Assembly (NCBI GenBank): GCA_023247195.1
Contig: JAHFGY010000005.1
Span: 1-44,762, forward strand
Source: Candidatus Omnitrophota bacterium
Lineage (GTDB): Bacteria; Omnitrophota; Gorgyraeia; Aquiviventales; Aquiviventaceae
DNA: 44,762 nucleotides
Direction: 5' to 3'
In this document: one piece after another, positions 22,995 to 30,943 of the stretch
Layout: every line of letters starts with the position of its first letter
Position numbering within the stretch: position 1 is the first letter of the stretch
The notes under the pieces: model-generated
The model's input: the letters and a program-made list of their open reading frames with translations, nothing else
What the model was told of the DNA's origin: nothing
Database searches by the model: none
Position numbers and translations under genes: made by a program

Positions 22995-23014
22995 AGAGGT
23001 GGCCCGGATTTTTT
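22983..23014 (+). terminator. Intrinsic terminator (expression platform of riboswitch 1)
   Basis: The stem CCGGGCUGCC / GGUGGCCCGG has 10 bp including 2 G-U pairs, with loop GAAGA, followed by A and U6. The 5' arm reuses the aptamer 3' strand. Confidence 0.7.
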
Positions 23015-23140
23015 GTTGCCCTCCGTCAGACAATTTGCTTATATATAAAGCGTTCATAAAAGACTTGAATTATACAGTCTTGCCGGGCATACTTGCTCAG
23101 TGTTTTTGTTTTTAATGCTATCTCGACTGACGGAGGCAAC
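23015..23140. repeat. Inverted repeat (15/14 nt, one bulge) flanking a 97-nt AT-rich segment
   Basis: GTTGCCCTCCGTCAG at 23015-23029 pairs with CTGACGGAGGCAAC at 23127-23140. The 3' arm contains the GGAGG Shine-Dalgarno of the downstream gene. Confidence 0.8.
23065..23093 (+). promoter_or_regulatory. Promoter-like element TTGAAT-N17-CATACT inside the inverted-repeat-flanked segment
   Basis: Hexamers read by eye. It resembles the TTGACA-N18-CATACT element at 30203-30232. Confidence 0.3.
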
Positions 23141-23142
23141 GC

Positions 23143-24699
23143 GTGAGCGCAAGAGAACCGCGTGTAGGGCTTTTTGTTGAGCCGCGCCAGATCTGCCTGG
23201 CTGAAGTAGCCAGCGGGCCGGGCGGGCCGCGTATTGTCCGCTCAGCTGAGGCTGAAGTACCCGAAGGGGGCGCGGCTGATCCGGCTTTGATGGCTGAGGT
23301 CCTGCGCCAGGTTGTGATGAAGTCAGGCATTCGCTCACGCCAGGTGGTGGTTGCGCTCGGAAGCTTGGATGCGATCATCCGCCGCTTCAGCATGCCGCTT
23401 CTTCCCCGCAAGGAATGGCCCAATTCAGTGCGATTTGAGGCGCAAAAGTACCTTCCATTCGATGTCCGCGGCCTTTATACCGATGCCGATAGCGTTCCGG
23501 ACAAGGCCAAGAAGCAGCTGGACGTGGTCTTTGTCGCCGCAAAGAAGGAGAGCGTTACCGGTATCCTCGAATTGCTTCGGCGGGTTGACCTGGAAGCGAC
23601 CGCCATTGAGCCGGTTGCCTGCGCGCTCCATCGGCTCTTACAGCTCGGGGTCAAAAAGGAAGCACCCGGTGTTTCGACCTACCTGCATGTTGACCGGGAA
23701 TCGGGAATGACTCTGCTGATTGCCAATCCCAAGTCGCTCTGGATGACTCGTGAAGGCGCGCTCGCAGCCGTGTCAACAGCCGAACCTGTTTCAAACGGCG
23801 TGGATCCGGAAACAATTGCTTCTGAGATCCGGCTGTCGCTGGACTATTTCGGCAAGCATTATCGGGAGGAAACGGTCAGCAAGATCATCCTTTTTGAGAA
23901 TCCCGCCAGCGCGGGAATGCAGAGCGTACTGACCCGGTTGCTCGGGCTTCCAGTCGAAACGCGCGATCCGATGAAGCTCTTGCGAGGTCATGTGCAGCCG
24001 ACATTGGGCATGGTCGGCGCGGTCGGTGCAGGGCTGCGGGGCCTGAATGTAGGCTCAGCCAAGCGCTTCAACCTGGTTCCCGAAGAGGCGGTATCAACGG
24101 CCCGTTCGATGCCGTCGCTCTCGCGCGAGGAACTGCTGCAGCAAATCGTGTTTTCGGCTTTGACGGGATTGGTGCTCGGAGCGGCTGCGGCCGGCTTGGC
24201 TTATTTCCCGGTGCGGTCTGAAGTGAACGCGGCGCAGCAGGAAGTTCAGGCTGTCCGGCAATCTTATCCGCCGTTGCAATCGAATCCCGTGCCGGCCACG
24301 GTCGAGGAAGCCGAAGCGCTCGCTGACAAGTTGGCTAAAGAGGCCAAATTCCTTTCCGAGGTCATGACAAACCGGATAGTTCTTACCCACAAGCTGAGCG
24401 AGCTGGCTAAGGCGACCCCCTCGGGCGTTTGGCTGACGGCTTTTGAATATGAAGACCGCCGGCTTGCCGACGCCGTTGGACCCAGAAATCTCCGAATGGA
24501 AGGCGCTGTTTACTTGGAAGACGGCAAGGATCATGTAGTAGTGATCAATCGATTCGCGTCCGCGCTCCGGGACAATGCTGTCCTTATGGGCGGTCTGGAT
24601 AGTCTGAAGATCGAGGGCATTCGCAAAGCGGTGATCCGTGAGGCGGACGTCACGACATTCACTCTTAAAGCCGAAGCCACACAGCCGCCGGTGAAATAG
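23143..24699 (+). CDS. Type IV filament assembly protein, natural PilM-PilN fusion (GspL-like architecture)
   Basis: 518 aa, with a GTG start 6 nt after GGAGG. The first ~300 aa are PilM-like. They are followed by RFNLVPEE (PilN N-terminal INLLP-type motif), one TM helix (IVFSALTGLVLGAAAAGLAYF), a coiled coil and a C-terminal periplasmic domain. Confidence 0.85.
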   Translation: MSAREPRVGLFVEPRQICLAEVASGPGGPRIVRSAEAEVPEGGAADPALMAEVLRQVVMKSGIRSRQVVVALGSLDAIIRRFSMPLLPRKEWPNSVRFEAQKYLPFDVRGLYTDADSVPDKAKKQLDVVFVAAKKESVTGILELLRRVDLEATAIEPVACALHRLLQLGVKKEAPGVSTYLHVDRESGMTLLIANPKSLWMTREGALAAVSTAEPVSNGVDPETIASEIRLSLDYFGKHYREETVSKIILFENPASAGMQSVLTRLLGLPVETRDPMKLLRGHVQPTLGMVGAVGAGLRGLNVGSAKRFNLVPEEAVSTARSMPSLSREELLQQIVFSALTGLVLGAAAAGLAYFPVRSEVNAAQQEVQAVRQSYPPLQSNPVPATVEEAEALADKLAKEAKFLSEVMTNRIVLTHKLSELAKATPSGVWLTAFEYEDRRLADAVGPRNLRMEGAVYLEDGKDHVVVINRFASALRDNAVLMGGLDSLKIEGIRKAVIREADVTTFTLKAEATQPPVK

Positions 24700-24708
24700 A
24701 GGCTCGCC

Positions 24709-25248
24709 ATGGGATCTTCGCCGAAGATGCAGCCACTCGCGATCACGCTGGGCCTAGCTTTGGCCGCGTTCATGGTTGGACGCAACATGGTGATTCAGCC
24801 GGCAAAATCCATGGTCATGCGATTGAAAATGGAAAAACAAACGGAAGAACGCAAGGGCCAGGCGATCGGCCGCATCGCGGACTTTGAGCGGCAGATCAAC
24901 GCTGGGCAGTCGGGCCTTTTGCCAAAAACAGACGCTTCAGCGTTTATTGAAATGCTGAACCGGATGGCCGAAGACTCGGGCGTCAGCCTGACCTCCGTGA
25001 CCCCGTTTCCCGTGGAGAAGATGGGGTCGTATGCCAGGCTTCCGATCCAGGTTGAAATGCGCTGCAGCTACCACCAGGTGGGCCGTTTTCTGAGCAAACT
25101 GGAGAGCTCGTCCACATTTATCAAAGTGGAAGTGTTGCAGATCCGGCAGCCTCCGGAAGTGCGCACCGCGGAGTCGACTGAGCCGGAAGAGTCAAAGTTA
25201 TCGGTCGTCATTCTCCTTAACGGACTTTCACGGGCTGAAGCGGGATGA
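24709..25248 (+). CDS. pilO: PilO/GspM-like inner-membrane assembly protein
   Basis: 179 aa with an N-terminal TM helix, a coiled coil, and a C-terminal SYARLPIQVEMRCSYHQVGRFLSKLES pattern typical of PilO. Confidence 0.75.
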   Translation: MGSSPKMQPLAITLGLALAAFMVGRNMVIQPAKSMVMRLKMEKQTEERKGQAIGRIADFERQINAGQSGLLPKTDASAFIEMLNRMAEDSGVSLTSVTPFPVEKMGSYARLPIQVEMRCSYHQVGRFLSKLESSSTFIKVEVLQIRQPPEVRTAESTEPEESKLSVVILLNGLSRAEAG

Positions 25249-25628
25249 AAAAAGCATTCGTTGTGTGGGTAGCATTATTCACGCTGTCTGCAGCGGTCGT
25301 CTCGGCCGCCGCGGCTACGGTTGAATATACGGGGGCAACGAACCGGGATCCGTTCAAGAGCCAGTTGCCCGCCGTCAAACAGCCCGCCAAGCCGGACGAG
25401 AAGACTTCGGCCAAGGACGAGCCCGTGACAGTGGATTTCCTCACGGTGACCGGCGTGGTCTGGGATTCGGAAAAGCCTCAAGCGATTATCAACGGGAAAG
25501 TCGTATCCATCGGGGGACAGGTTTCAGGCGCCGAACTCGTTGCGATCAACGAGGCAGGCGTTCAGGTCCGCTACAAGGGCAAGCTGTTCGTTCTGAAAGC
25601 GGGCAACAAGAAGGGTGGTCAGCCATGA
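25245..25628 (+). CDS. PilP-like periplasmic protein
   Basis: 127 aa with a signal peptide and an RDPF motif. The C-terminal beta-rich segment (VTGVVWDSEKPQAIINGKVVSIGGQV) resembles a PilP/GspC HR domain. The gene overlaps both neighbours. Confidence 0.6.
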   Translation: MKKAFVVWVALFTLSAAVVSAAAATVEYTGATNRDPFKSQLPAVKQPAKPDEKTSAKDEPVTVDFLTVTGVVWDSEKPQAIINGKVVSIGGQVSGAELVAINEAGVQVRYKGKLFVLKAGNKKGGQP

Positions 25629-27217
25629 AGCGCATTCGCCTTGGGTGGTTGGGTGCAGTCAGCATCTTATTGAGCCTGGCGAGTATCGCTTCGGAAGGGT
25701 TTGCCGCCGAGGTAGCCCAAGCTGTCCCTACTTCTTCTCGCACCGTCTCGATGGATTTCGAGGACGCGGACTTGAAGCTTGTCTTAAAGGTGCTGTCGCA
25801 ACAGGCTGGTATGAACTTCGTGGCTAGTGAGGACGCCGAAGCCAAGAAAGTCACGGTTTTCCTGAGCAATGTGTCGGTGAACGATGCCATCGATGCGATC
25901 ATTCGGGCGAACGGGCTTCGCTACGAGATGAAAGCCTCGAGCAATATCTTCATGGTTTACAGCTCGGACGAGCAAGGCCCGCTTCAAACCCGTGTCTTTA
26001 CGCTGAAGTTCCTGCGGCTGTCGATTTCATCGATCGACGTCGGCGGACAGAGCGTGTCGCGCGAGCTTCTGTCAAAAGAAGACATCGCGGCTCTATCGAG
26101 CGGAGGATCGGGCGGTTCTGCCGGCGCCAACCCCGGGGCAGCGGCGGAGGACAAGAAAGACAGCGGGAAGGAAGATAAGCTCACCGCTGAACGAGGCATC
26201 GACAAGCTTGTGGCAAGCCTCCTTTCGGATAAGGGCAAGATAGCGGTGGATGTGAATTCCAACAGCCTGATCGTCACGGATTTGCCGGACAAGCTGGCTG
26301 TTATTGAGACCGTTTTGAATCGCCTGGACGCTCCGCCGAAGCAAGTCATGCTGGAAGCGCAACTGCTTGAAACGAACGCGGGCCTTTTAGATGACAGGGG
26401 ACTGGACTGGGGAGGGGCGGACGGTGCCTTGGCGCGCATTGCCGGGCCCGCACGCGATACCCACTTTCCGTTCATGGGCGAGCGCTTGCACTCGCCGTTC
26501 CGCGCTAAGTCTGCCCAGGATAGCACCATAGGCTCATTGTTTACCTACGGCACCGTGGACTTTCAGAACTTCGCGGCAACATTGAGGTTCATCACCAGCC
26601 AGACCGACACGAAGATCCTGGCCCAGCCGCGGGTACTGACCATGAACAACGAAGCGGCTATCATCAAGCTCGTGACGAATACCGCCATCGCCCAAACGTC
26701 GACCATTACCGCGGCCCAATCCATCGCTACGCTCACTACGGGTGAGGCGCAAAGGCAGGAGACCGGAATCGTCTTAAAAATGACGCCACAGGTGAACACC
26801 GATGACTCGATCACGCTGTTCCTTGAGCCTTCTGTCACCACTGTCGCGACATCGGCATTTTTTCCCGATGACTTTTTGGATCCGACCACTCGGACCGTCC
26901 GCACCTCGGTCAGGGTTTTGCCAGGAGAGACGCTTGTTATCGGCGGCCTGGTCGATACGTCGAACGTTGGCACCGATAAGAAAGTTCCTTTTCTTGGCGA
27001 TGTACCGGTCATGGGCCGGTTGTTCAAGCTGAAGAGCAAGGATAATTCTGAAAGAGAACTCGTGATCTTCGTCACGCCCACACTTGTGCGCCGCTTTGAG
27101 AACGATTGGCGGCGCGAACAGAGCCCGGTCGCGGTTCGCGAACGCGAAATCGAGCAGGCGCTGCAATCGGTGTCGGATAGGCAGGTTCCCGATGGTCCGG
27201 CCAGTGTCGGCGAATAA
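25625..27217 (+). CDS. pilQ: Secretin (PilQ/GspD family), short form
   Basis: 530 aa with a signal peptide, an N0/STN-like domain, and a Gly/Ser-rich linker. The secretin core is LVIGGLVDTS...KVPFLGDVPVMGRLFK...ELVIFVTPTLV. No AMIN domains are evident. Confidence 0.9.
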   Translation: MKRIRLGWLGAVSILLSLASIASEGFAAEVAQAVPTSSRTVSMDFEDADLKLVLKVLSQQAGMNFVASEDAEAKKVTVFLSNVSVNDAIDAIIRANGLRYEMKASSNIFMVYSSDEQGPLQTRVFTLKFLRLSISSIDVGGQSVSRELLSKEDIAALSSGGSGGSAGANPGAAAEDKKDSGKEDKLTAERGIDKLVASLLSDKGKIAVDVNSNSLIVTDLPDKLAVIETVLNRLDAPPKQVMLEAQLLETNAGLLDDRGLDWGGADGALARIAGPARDTHFPFMGERLHSPFRAKSAQDSTIGSLFTYGTVDFQNFAATLRFITSQTDTKILAQPRVLTMNNEAAIIKLVTNTAIAQTSTITAAQSIATLTTGEAQRQETGIVLKMTPQVNTDDSITLFLEPSVTTVATSAFFPDDFLDPTTRTVRTSVRVLPGETLVIGGLVDTSNVGTDKKVPFLGDVPVMGRLFKLKSKDNSERELVIFVTPTLVRRFENDWRREQSPVAVREREIEQALQSVSDRQVPDGPASVGE

Positions 27218-27242
27218 GCCGAAAGCCATCTAGGGAGAAGGC

Positions 27243-28964
27243 ATGGCGACTCCCAAAGTCAAACTGGGCGATTTGCTTGTTTCCGCGGGACTCATCAGTC
27301 CCGAGCAGCTCTCGCGCGCTTTGGACGTTCAGAAGAAGAATCCGAGTGAAACGCTCGGAAGCGTGCTGCTGGGCTTGGGCGCTGTTTCGGAATCGGATCT
27401 TGTTCGTACGTTGAGCAAACAGCTCAACATCCCGTACGCCACGCGCGAGAAAGGCCTGCTCAGTCCGGCAAAGGATCAGGGGCTTGAACAGGTCCTCCCG
27501 GAAGAGATAGCGCGCCGCTACTGCGTGTTGCCGGTGTCCCGTCACCTGAATTCACTGACCGTCGCTTTAACAGACCCCTTGGATCTGCTGGTCGTGGACA
27601 ACATCAGGCGCGTGACAGGCTGCCAGATCAATCCCATCATCGCGCCGCGCAGCGACATTATGCTGAGCATCAGCGAGCTTTACGGCGAAGGGGGAATGCT
27701 CAAGGAAGCTGTCGCCGCTTCTTATCAAGAGTCGGATACCATCAGTTTCGACGGCAAGGCTGACGAACACCTTTCCCTGGATGATCTGGTCAGCAGCGCT
27801 GAAAAGCCGCCTGTTGTGAAGCTCACGGACCTCATCATCCGGCAGGCCATCAAGCAGCGCGCGAGCGATATTCACATCGAGCCGTTGCCGAGCGCTATCA
27901 GCATCCGGTATCGCATTGACGGCGTGCTGCACGAAATCGCTCCTCCGGATGCTCATATGCTGCTCCCGCTTGTTTCGCGCATCAAGATTCTCTCCAAGAT
28001 GGATATCGCGGAGAAGCGTCTGCCCCAAGACGGCAGTTTCCGGGCCACGATTGAGAACCGGCTCATCGACTTCCGCGTGTCCACGATTCCGGCGATGTCC
28101 GGAGAAAAGGTCGTGCTGCGCATCCTGGATCGCTCAGCCGTCTCTCTTGATCTCAACACGTTGGGTTTTGAGAAGGAAGAATTGGAGACCTTTCGCGAGG
28201 CGATTCATCGCCCTTATGGAATGATCTTGATCACCGGACCTACCGGAAGCGGCAAGACAACGACCCTGTACGCGGCGCTGAATGAAATAAAGAGCGTGGA
28301 GAAAAATATCACAACGATCGAAGATCCGGTCGAGTACCAGATCCCGGGGATTAACCAAGTTCAGGTGAAACCGGCCATTGGGTTGACGTTCGCGACCGGC
28401 CTCCGCGCATTCCTGCGTCAAGATCCGAATATCATTCTGGTGGGTGAGACACGCGATCTGGAAACCGCGCAGATCTGCGTGCGCGCGGCGCTCACCGGCC
28501 ATCTGGTTTTCACCACGCTGCACACGAACGACGCGCCAACAGCTATCTCCCGGATGATCGATATCGGCATTGAACCTTATTTTGTCACATCGTCATTGCT
28601 GCTGGTCGTGGCGCAGCGGTTGGTGCGGCAATTATGCGAAAAATGTCGCGAGCCCTACCGGCCCGATCCGCTCAAGCTGCCCAAGGACTTTCCAATGCCG
28701 CCGAACGGCATGCTCTTTCGCGCCAAAGGATGCGACGCCTGCTCCAATACCGGTTTTCTCGGCAGACGGGCTATTTATGAGATGATGCCCATGACGGAAG
28801 AGCTCTCTCATTTGAGCGCCACGCGAGCCCCAACCGCCGAGCTGCGGCGGGCGGCTCAAGCCGGCGGGATGCTGACTCTTCAAGAGGCCGGATTCCGCAA
28901 AGTTGCGGCGGGGCGCACGACCATCGAGGAAGTTCTGCGGGTCACCATGGCCAGCGGGACCTGA
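27243..28964 (+). CDS. pilB: Type IV filament assembly ATPase (PilB/GspE/MshE family) with MshEN-type N-terminal domain
   Basis: 573 aa with Walker A GPTGSGKTT, Walker B IILVGETRD, and a tetracysteine (CEKC...CDAC). The N-terminus carries two MshEN c-di-GMP-binding motifs. Confidence 0.93.
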   Translation: MATPKVKLGDLLVSAGLISPEQLSRALDVQKKNPSETLGSVLLGLGAVSESDLVRTLSKQLNIPYATREKGLLSPAKDQGLEQVLPEEIARRYCVLPVSRHLNSLTVALTDPLDLLVVDNIRRVTGCQINPIIAPRSDIMLSISELYGEGGMLKEAVAASYQESDTISFDGKADEHLSLDDLVSSAEKPPVVKLTDLIIRQAIKQRASDIHIEPLPSAISIRYRIDGVLHEIAPPDAHMLLPLVSRIKILSKMDIAEKRLPQDGSFRATIENRLIDFRVSTIPAMSGEKVVLRILDRSAVSLDLNTLGFEKEELETFREAIHRPYGMILITGPTGSGKTTTLYAALNEIKSVEKNITTIEDPVEYQIPGINQVQVKPAIGLTFATGLRAFLRQDPNIILVGETRDLETAQICVRAALTGHLVFTTLHTNDAPTAISRMIDIGIEPYFVTSSLLLVVAQRLVRQLCEKCREPYRPDPLKLPKDFPMPPNGMLFRAKGCDACSNTGFLGRRAIYEMMPMTEELSHLSATRAPTAELRRAAQAGGMLTLQEAGFRKVAAGRTTIEEVLRVTMASGT

Positions 28965-28979
28965 TAAGAAAGCTTTCCC

Positions 28980-30197
28980 ATGCCACGATTTACCTACAGC
29001 GCGCGTCAGCCGGATGGACGAACGGTCACCGGCGAGCAGGAAGCGGCCAGCGAATATGAGGCGCTTCGGATCCTGCAGCAGCAAGGCTTTATCGTTACCC
29101 GCGTCCAAGAGGGAAAGTTGTCTGAATTGCCGACGAACCTGAACAACGTCCGGCGCCACAAGCGCATCCGCTCGCGCGATATGATCATGTACATCCGGCA
29201 GATGGCGACGCTACTAAGCTCGAATGTGCCGCTGCTGCGAGCGTTGGATGTGATCCGAAGCCAAACCGAGAGCCAGCACTTGGCGGATGTCATGGAAAAA
29301 ATGGCATCCGACATCCGCGCCGGCGCCACGTTCAAAGACGCCATGGGCCGGCATCCAAGGGTATTTCCCGTTCTTTGGTCTTTCCTTATTGATGCGGGAG
29401 AGGTGAGCGGCAAGCTGCCTTTGGTGCTTGAACAATTGGCCCTGTATGTTGAAACGAGCCAGCGCATCAAAACCAAATTCATCACCGCGATGTTCTACCC
29501 GGCGATCCTCACGCTGGTCGCGTCAGGAGCGGTGTCCGTGTTCTTGTTGTTTGTCATTCCCATCTTTAAAAACCTGTTCGACAGCTTTGGCGCAAAGCTT
29601 CCGCTGCTCACGCGGATGGTGATAGCCACAAGCGACGGGCTTCGGCACTATTTCATATTCGTTCTACTCGTGGGTTTTGCGGTCGGATTCTTCCTCAATC
29701 GATTCGTGCGCACGCCGTCCGGTAGGGCGACCGCGGACCGGTTGGTCCTGCGCGTGCCGTTCGTCGGCGCTTTCTTCAAAGATATTATCCTGGCCCGTGT
29801 CGCCAGCAGTCTTTATATCCTGATCAAGAGCGGCGTGAATATCCTTCGCGGCCTGGAAATCACAGCGAAAAGCTCCGGCAATATCGTCTTCGAGGATGCG
29901 CTGTTGCGCGTGCGGGACGAAGTACAGCATGGAAGGCCGATCGCGGTTTCGCTGGCAAAGCATCCCATTTTCCCCGGCATGTTGGTGCAGATGGTTATGA
30001 TCGGAGAAGAGAGCGGCCGTCTGGAAGAGCTTTTGGCGCGCGTTGCCGCCTACTATGAGGAGCAGGTGGACGTCTTTGTCAACCGGCTCAGCACTGTGCT
30101 TGAGCCCCTGATCCTCGTGGTCATGGGGGGCATTGTCGGCGTGCTGGTGATCGCTATGTTCCTGCCTATTTTCCGGCTTAGCTCTGTTATCCGCTAA
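28980..30197 (+). CDS. pilC: Platform protein PilC/GspF
   Basis: 405 aa with two T2SSF-type repeats and hydrophobic helices. Sits in the canonical position after the ATPase. Confidence 0.92.
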   Translation: MPRFTYSARQPDGRTVTGEQEAASEYEALRILQQQGFIVTRVQEGKLSELPTNLNNVRRHKRIRSRDMIMYIRQMATLLSSNVPLLRALDVIRSQTESQHLADVMEKMASDIRAGATFKDAMGRHPRVFPVLWSFLIDAGEVSGKLPLVLEQLALYVETSQRIKTKFITAMFYPAILTLVASGAVSVFLLFVIPIFKNLFDSFGAKLPLLTRMVIATSDGLRHYFIFVLLVGFAVGFFLNRFVRTPSGRATADRLVLRVPFVGAFFKDIILARVASSLYILIKSGVNILRGLEITAKSSGNIVFEDALLRVRDEVQHGRPIAVSLAKHPIFPGMLVQMVMIGEESGRLEELLARVAAYYEEQVDVFVNRLSTVLEPLILVVMGGIVGVLVIAMFLPIFRLSSVIR

Positions 30198-30202
30198 TCG
30201 CC

Positions 30203-30232
30203 TTGACAATCTTCTCTTACCTCAGCCATACT
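30203..30232 (+). promoter_or_regulatory. Candidate promoter for riboswitch 2 (TTGACA-N18-CATACT)
   Basis: The -35 is a perfect match. The element lies about 50 nt upstream of the aptamer. Confidence 0.35.
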
Positions 30233-30281
30233 TAGTGTGTCTGGGCTCCTTGATAAACACCTGATGCGGATGACATTGAAG

Positions 30282-30357
30282 TGACAAGGGCAAACTCACG
30301 GCAACGTGAGGACGCAAAGCCTCCGGCCCCGGGAGATCGGGGTAGCTGGGCTGCCGA
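30282..30357 (+). promoter_or_regulatory. c-di-GMP-I (GEMM-I) riboswitch aptamer, copy 2
   Basis: Reads AAGGGCAAAC, then hairpin CUCACG-GCAA-CGUGAG (GNRA loop), then GACGCAAAGCCUCCGGCC, the inner helix CCCCG/CGGGG, and GGGCUGCCGA. This is very close to the Vc2 blocks GGGCAAAC / GACGCAAAGCCUCCGGCC / CCGA. Confidence 0.85.
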
Positions 30358-30378
30358 TTACGGCAGCCCTTCTTGTTT
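30348..30378 (+). terminator. Intrinsic terminator (expression platform of riboswitch 2)
   Basis: GGGCUGCCG-AUUA-CGGCAGCCC forms a perfect 9-bp stem, followed by UUCUUGUUU. The 5' arm is the aptamer 3' strand. Confidence 0.75.
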
Positions 30379-30477
30379 ATAGGTAGATAAAAACATTGAC
30401 AAACACATGAGACAAGATTATTTAGAAGAGGGTACTGGCGCTTGCAAGACAGCGGTTAACGAGCGGGGGGGTGCGAA

Positions 30478-30891
30478 ATGAGCAAGCAAGATCTAAGAGG
30501 GGTTCTTAGCGGTCGCGGTGGTTTCACCTTGATGGAACTCATGATCGTCGGCATTATCTTGGCAGTGGTGGCTGGATTGGCCGTTCCCGGCTATATCTCC
30601 GCGGTTGAAAAATCCCGCAAGCAAGAGGCGCTGGAAACCCTGGGTGCTCTGCGGAATTCAGAGATTCGCTTTTTCGCCGGCAATGCCACTTACACTCCTA
30701 CGTTTACGCAGTTGGATTTTGATCCGACGAAAGCAACAGGCACGCCGTACTTTACCTACACTGCGGCGGGAGGCGCGACGTTTACCGGAACCGCAACGCG
30801 CAACGCAACGAAATTTAGCGCCTTGAGCGGCTGTACCGCGGGGTATACACTTACGATCACCGACCAGGGTGTTATTACGCAGGGTTGCTGA
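30478..30891 (+). CDS. Type IV pilin (candidate major subunit)
   Basis: 137 aa. The prepilin leader ends G|FTLMELMIVGIILAVVAGLAVPGY with Glu5. A C-terminal Cys pair (SGC...QGC) is present. Confidence 0.9.
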   Translation: MSKQDLRGVLSGRGGFTLMELMIVGIILAVVAGLAVPGYISAVEKSRKQEALETLGALRNSEIRFFAGNATYTPTFTQLDFDPTKATGTPYFTYTAAGGATFTGTATRNATKFSALSGCTAGYTLTITDQGVITQGC

Positions 30892-30943
30892 TTTACTCCA
30901 AGATCACCGCGATATGTAGCGCGGTCGGGGATTTCGGTCGAGG

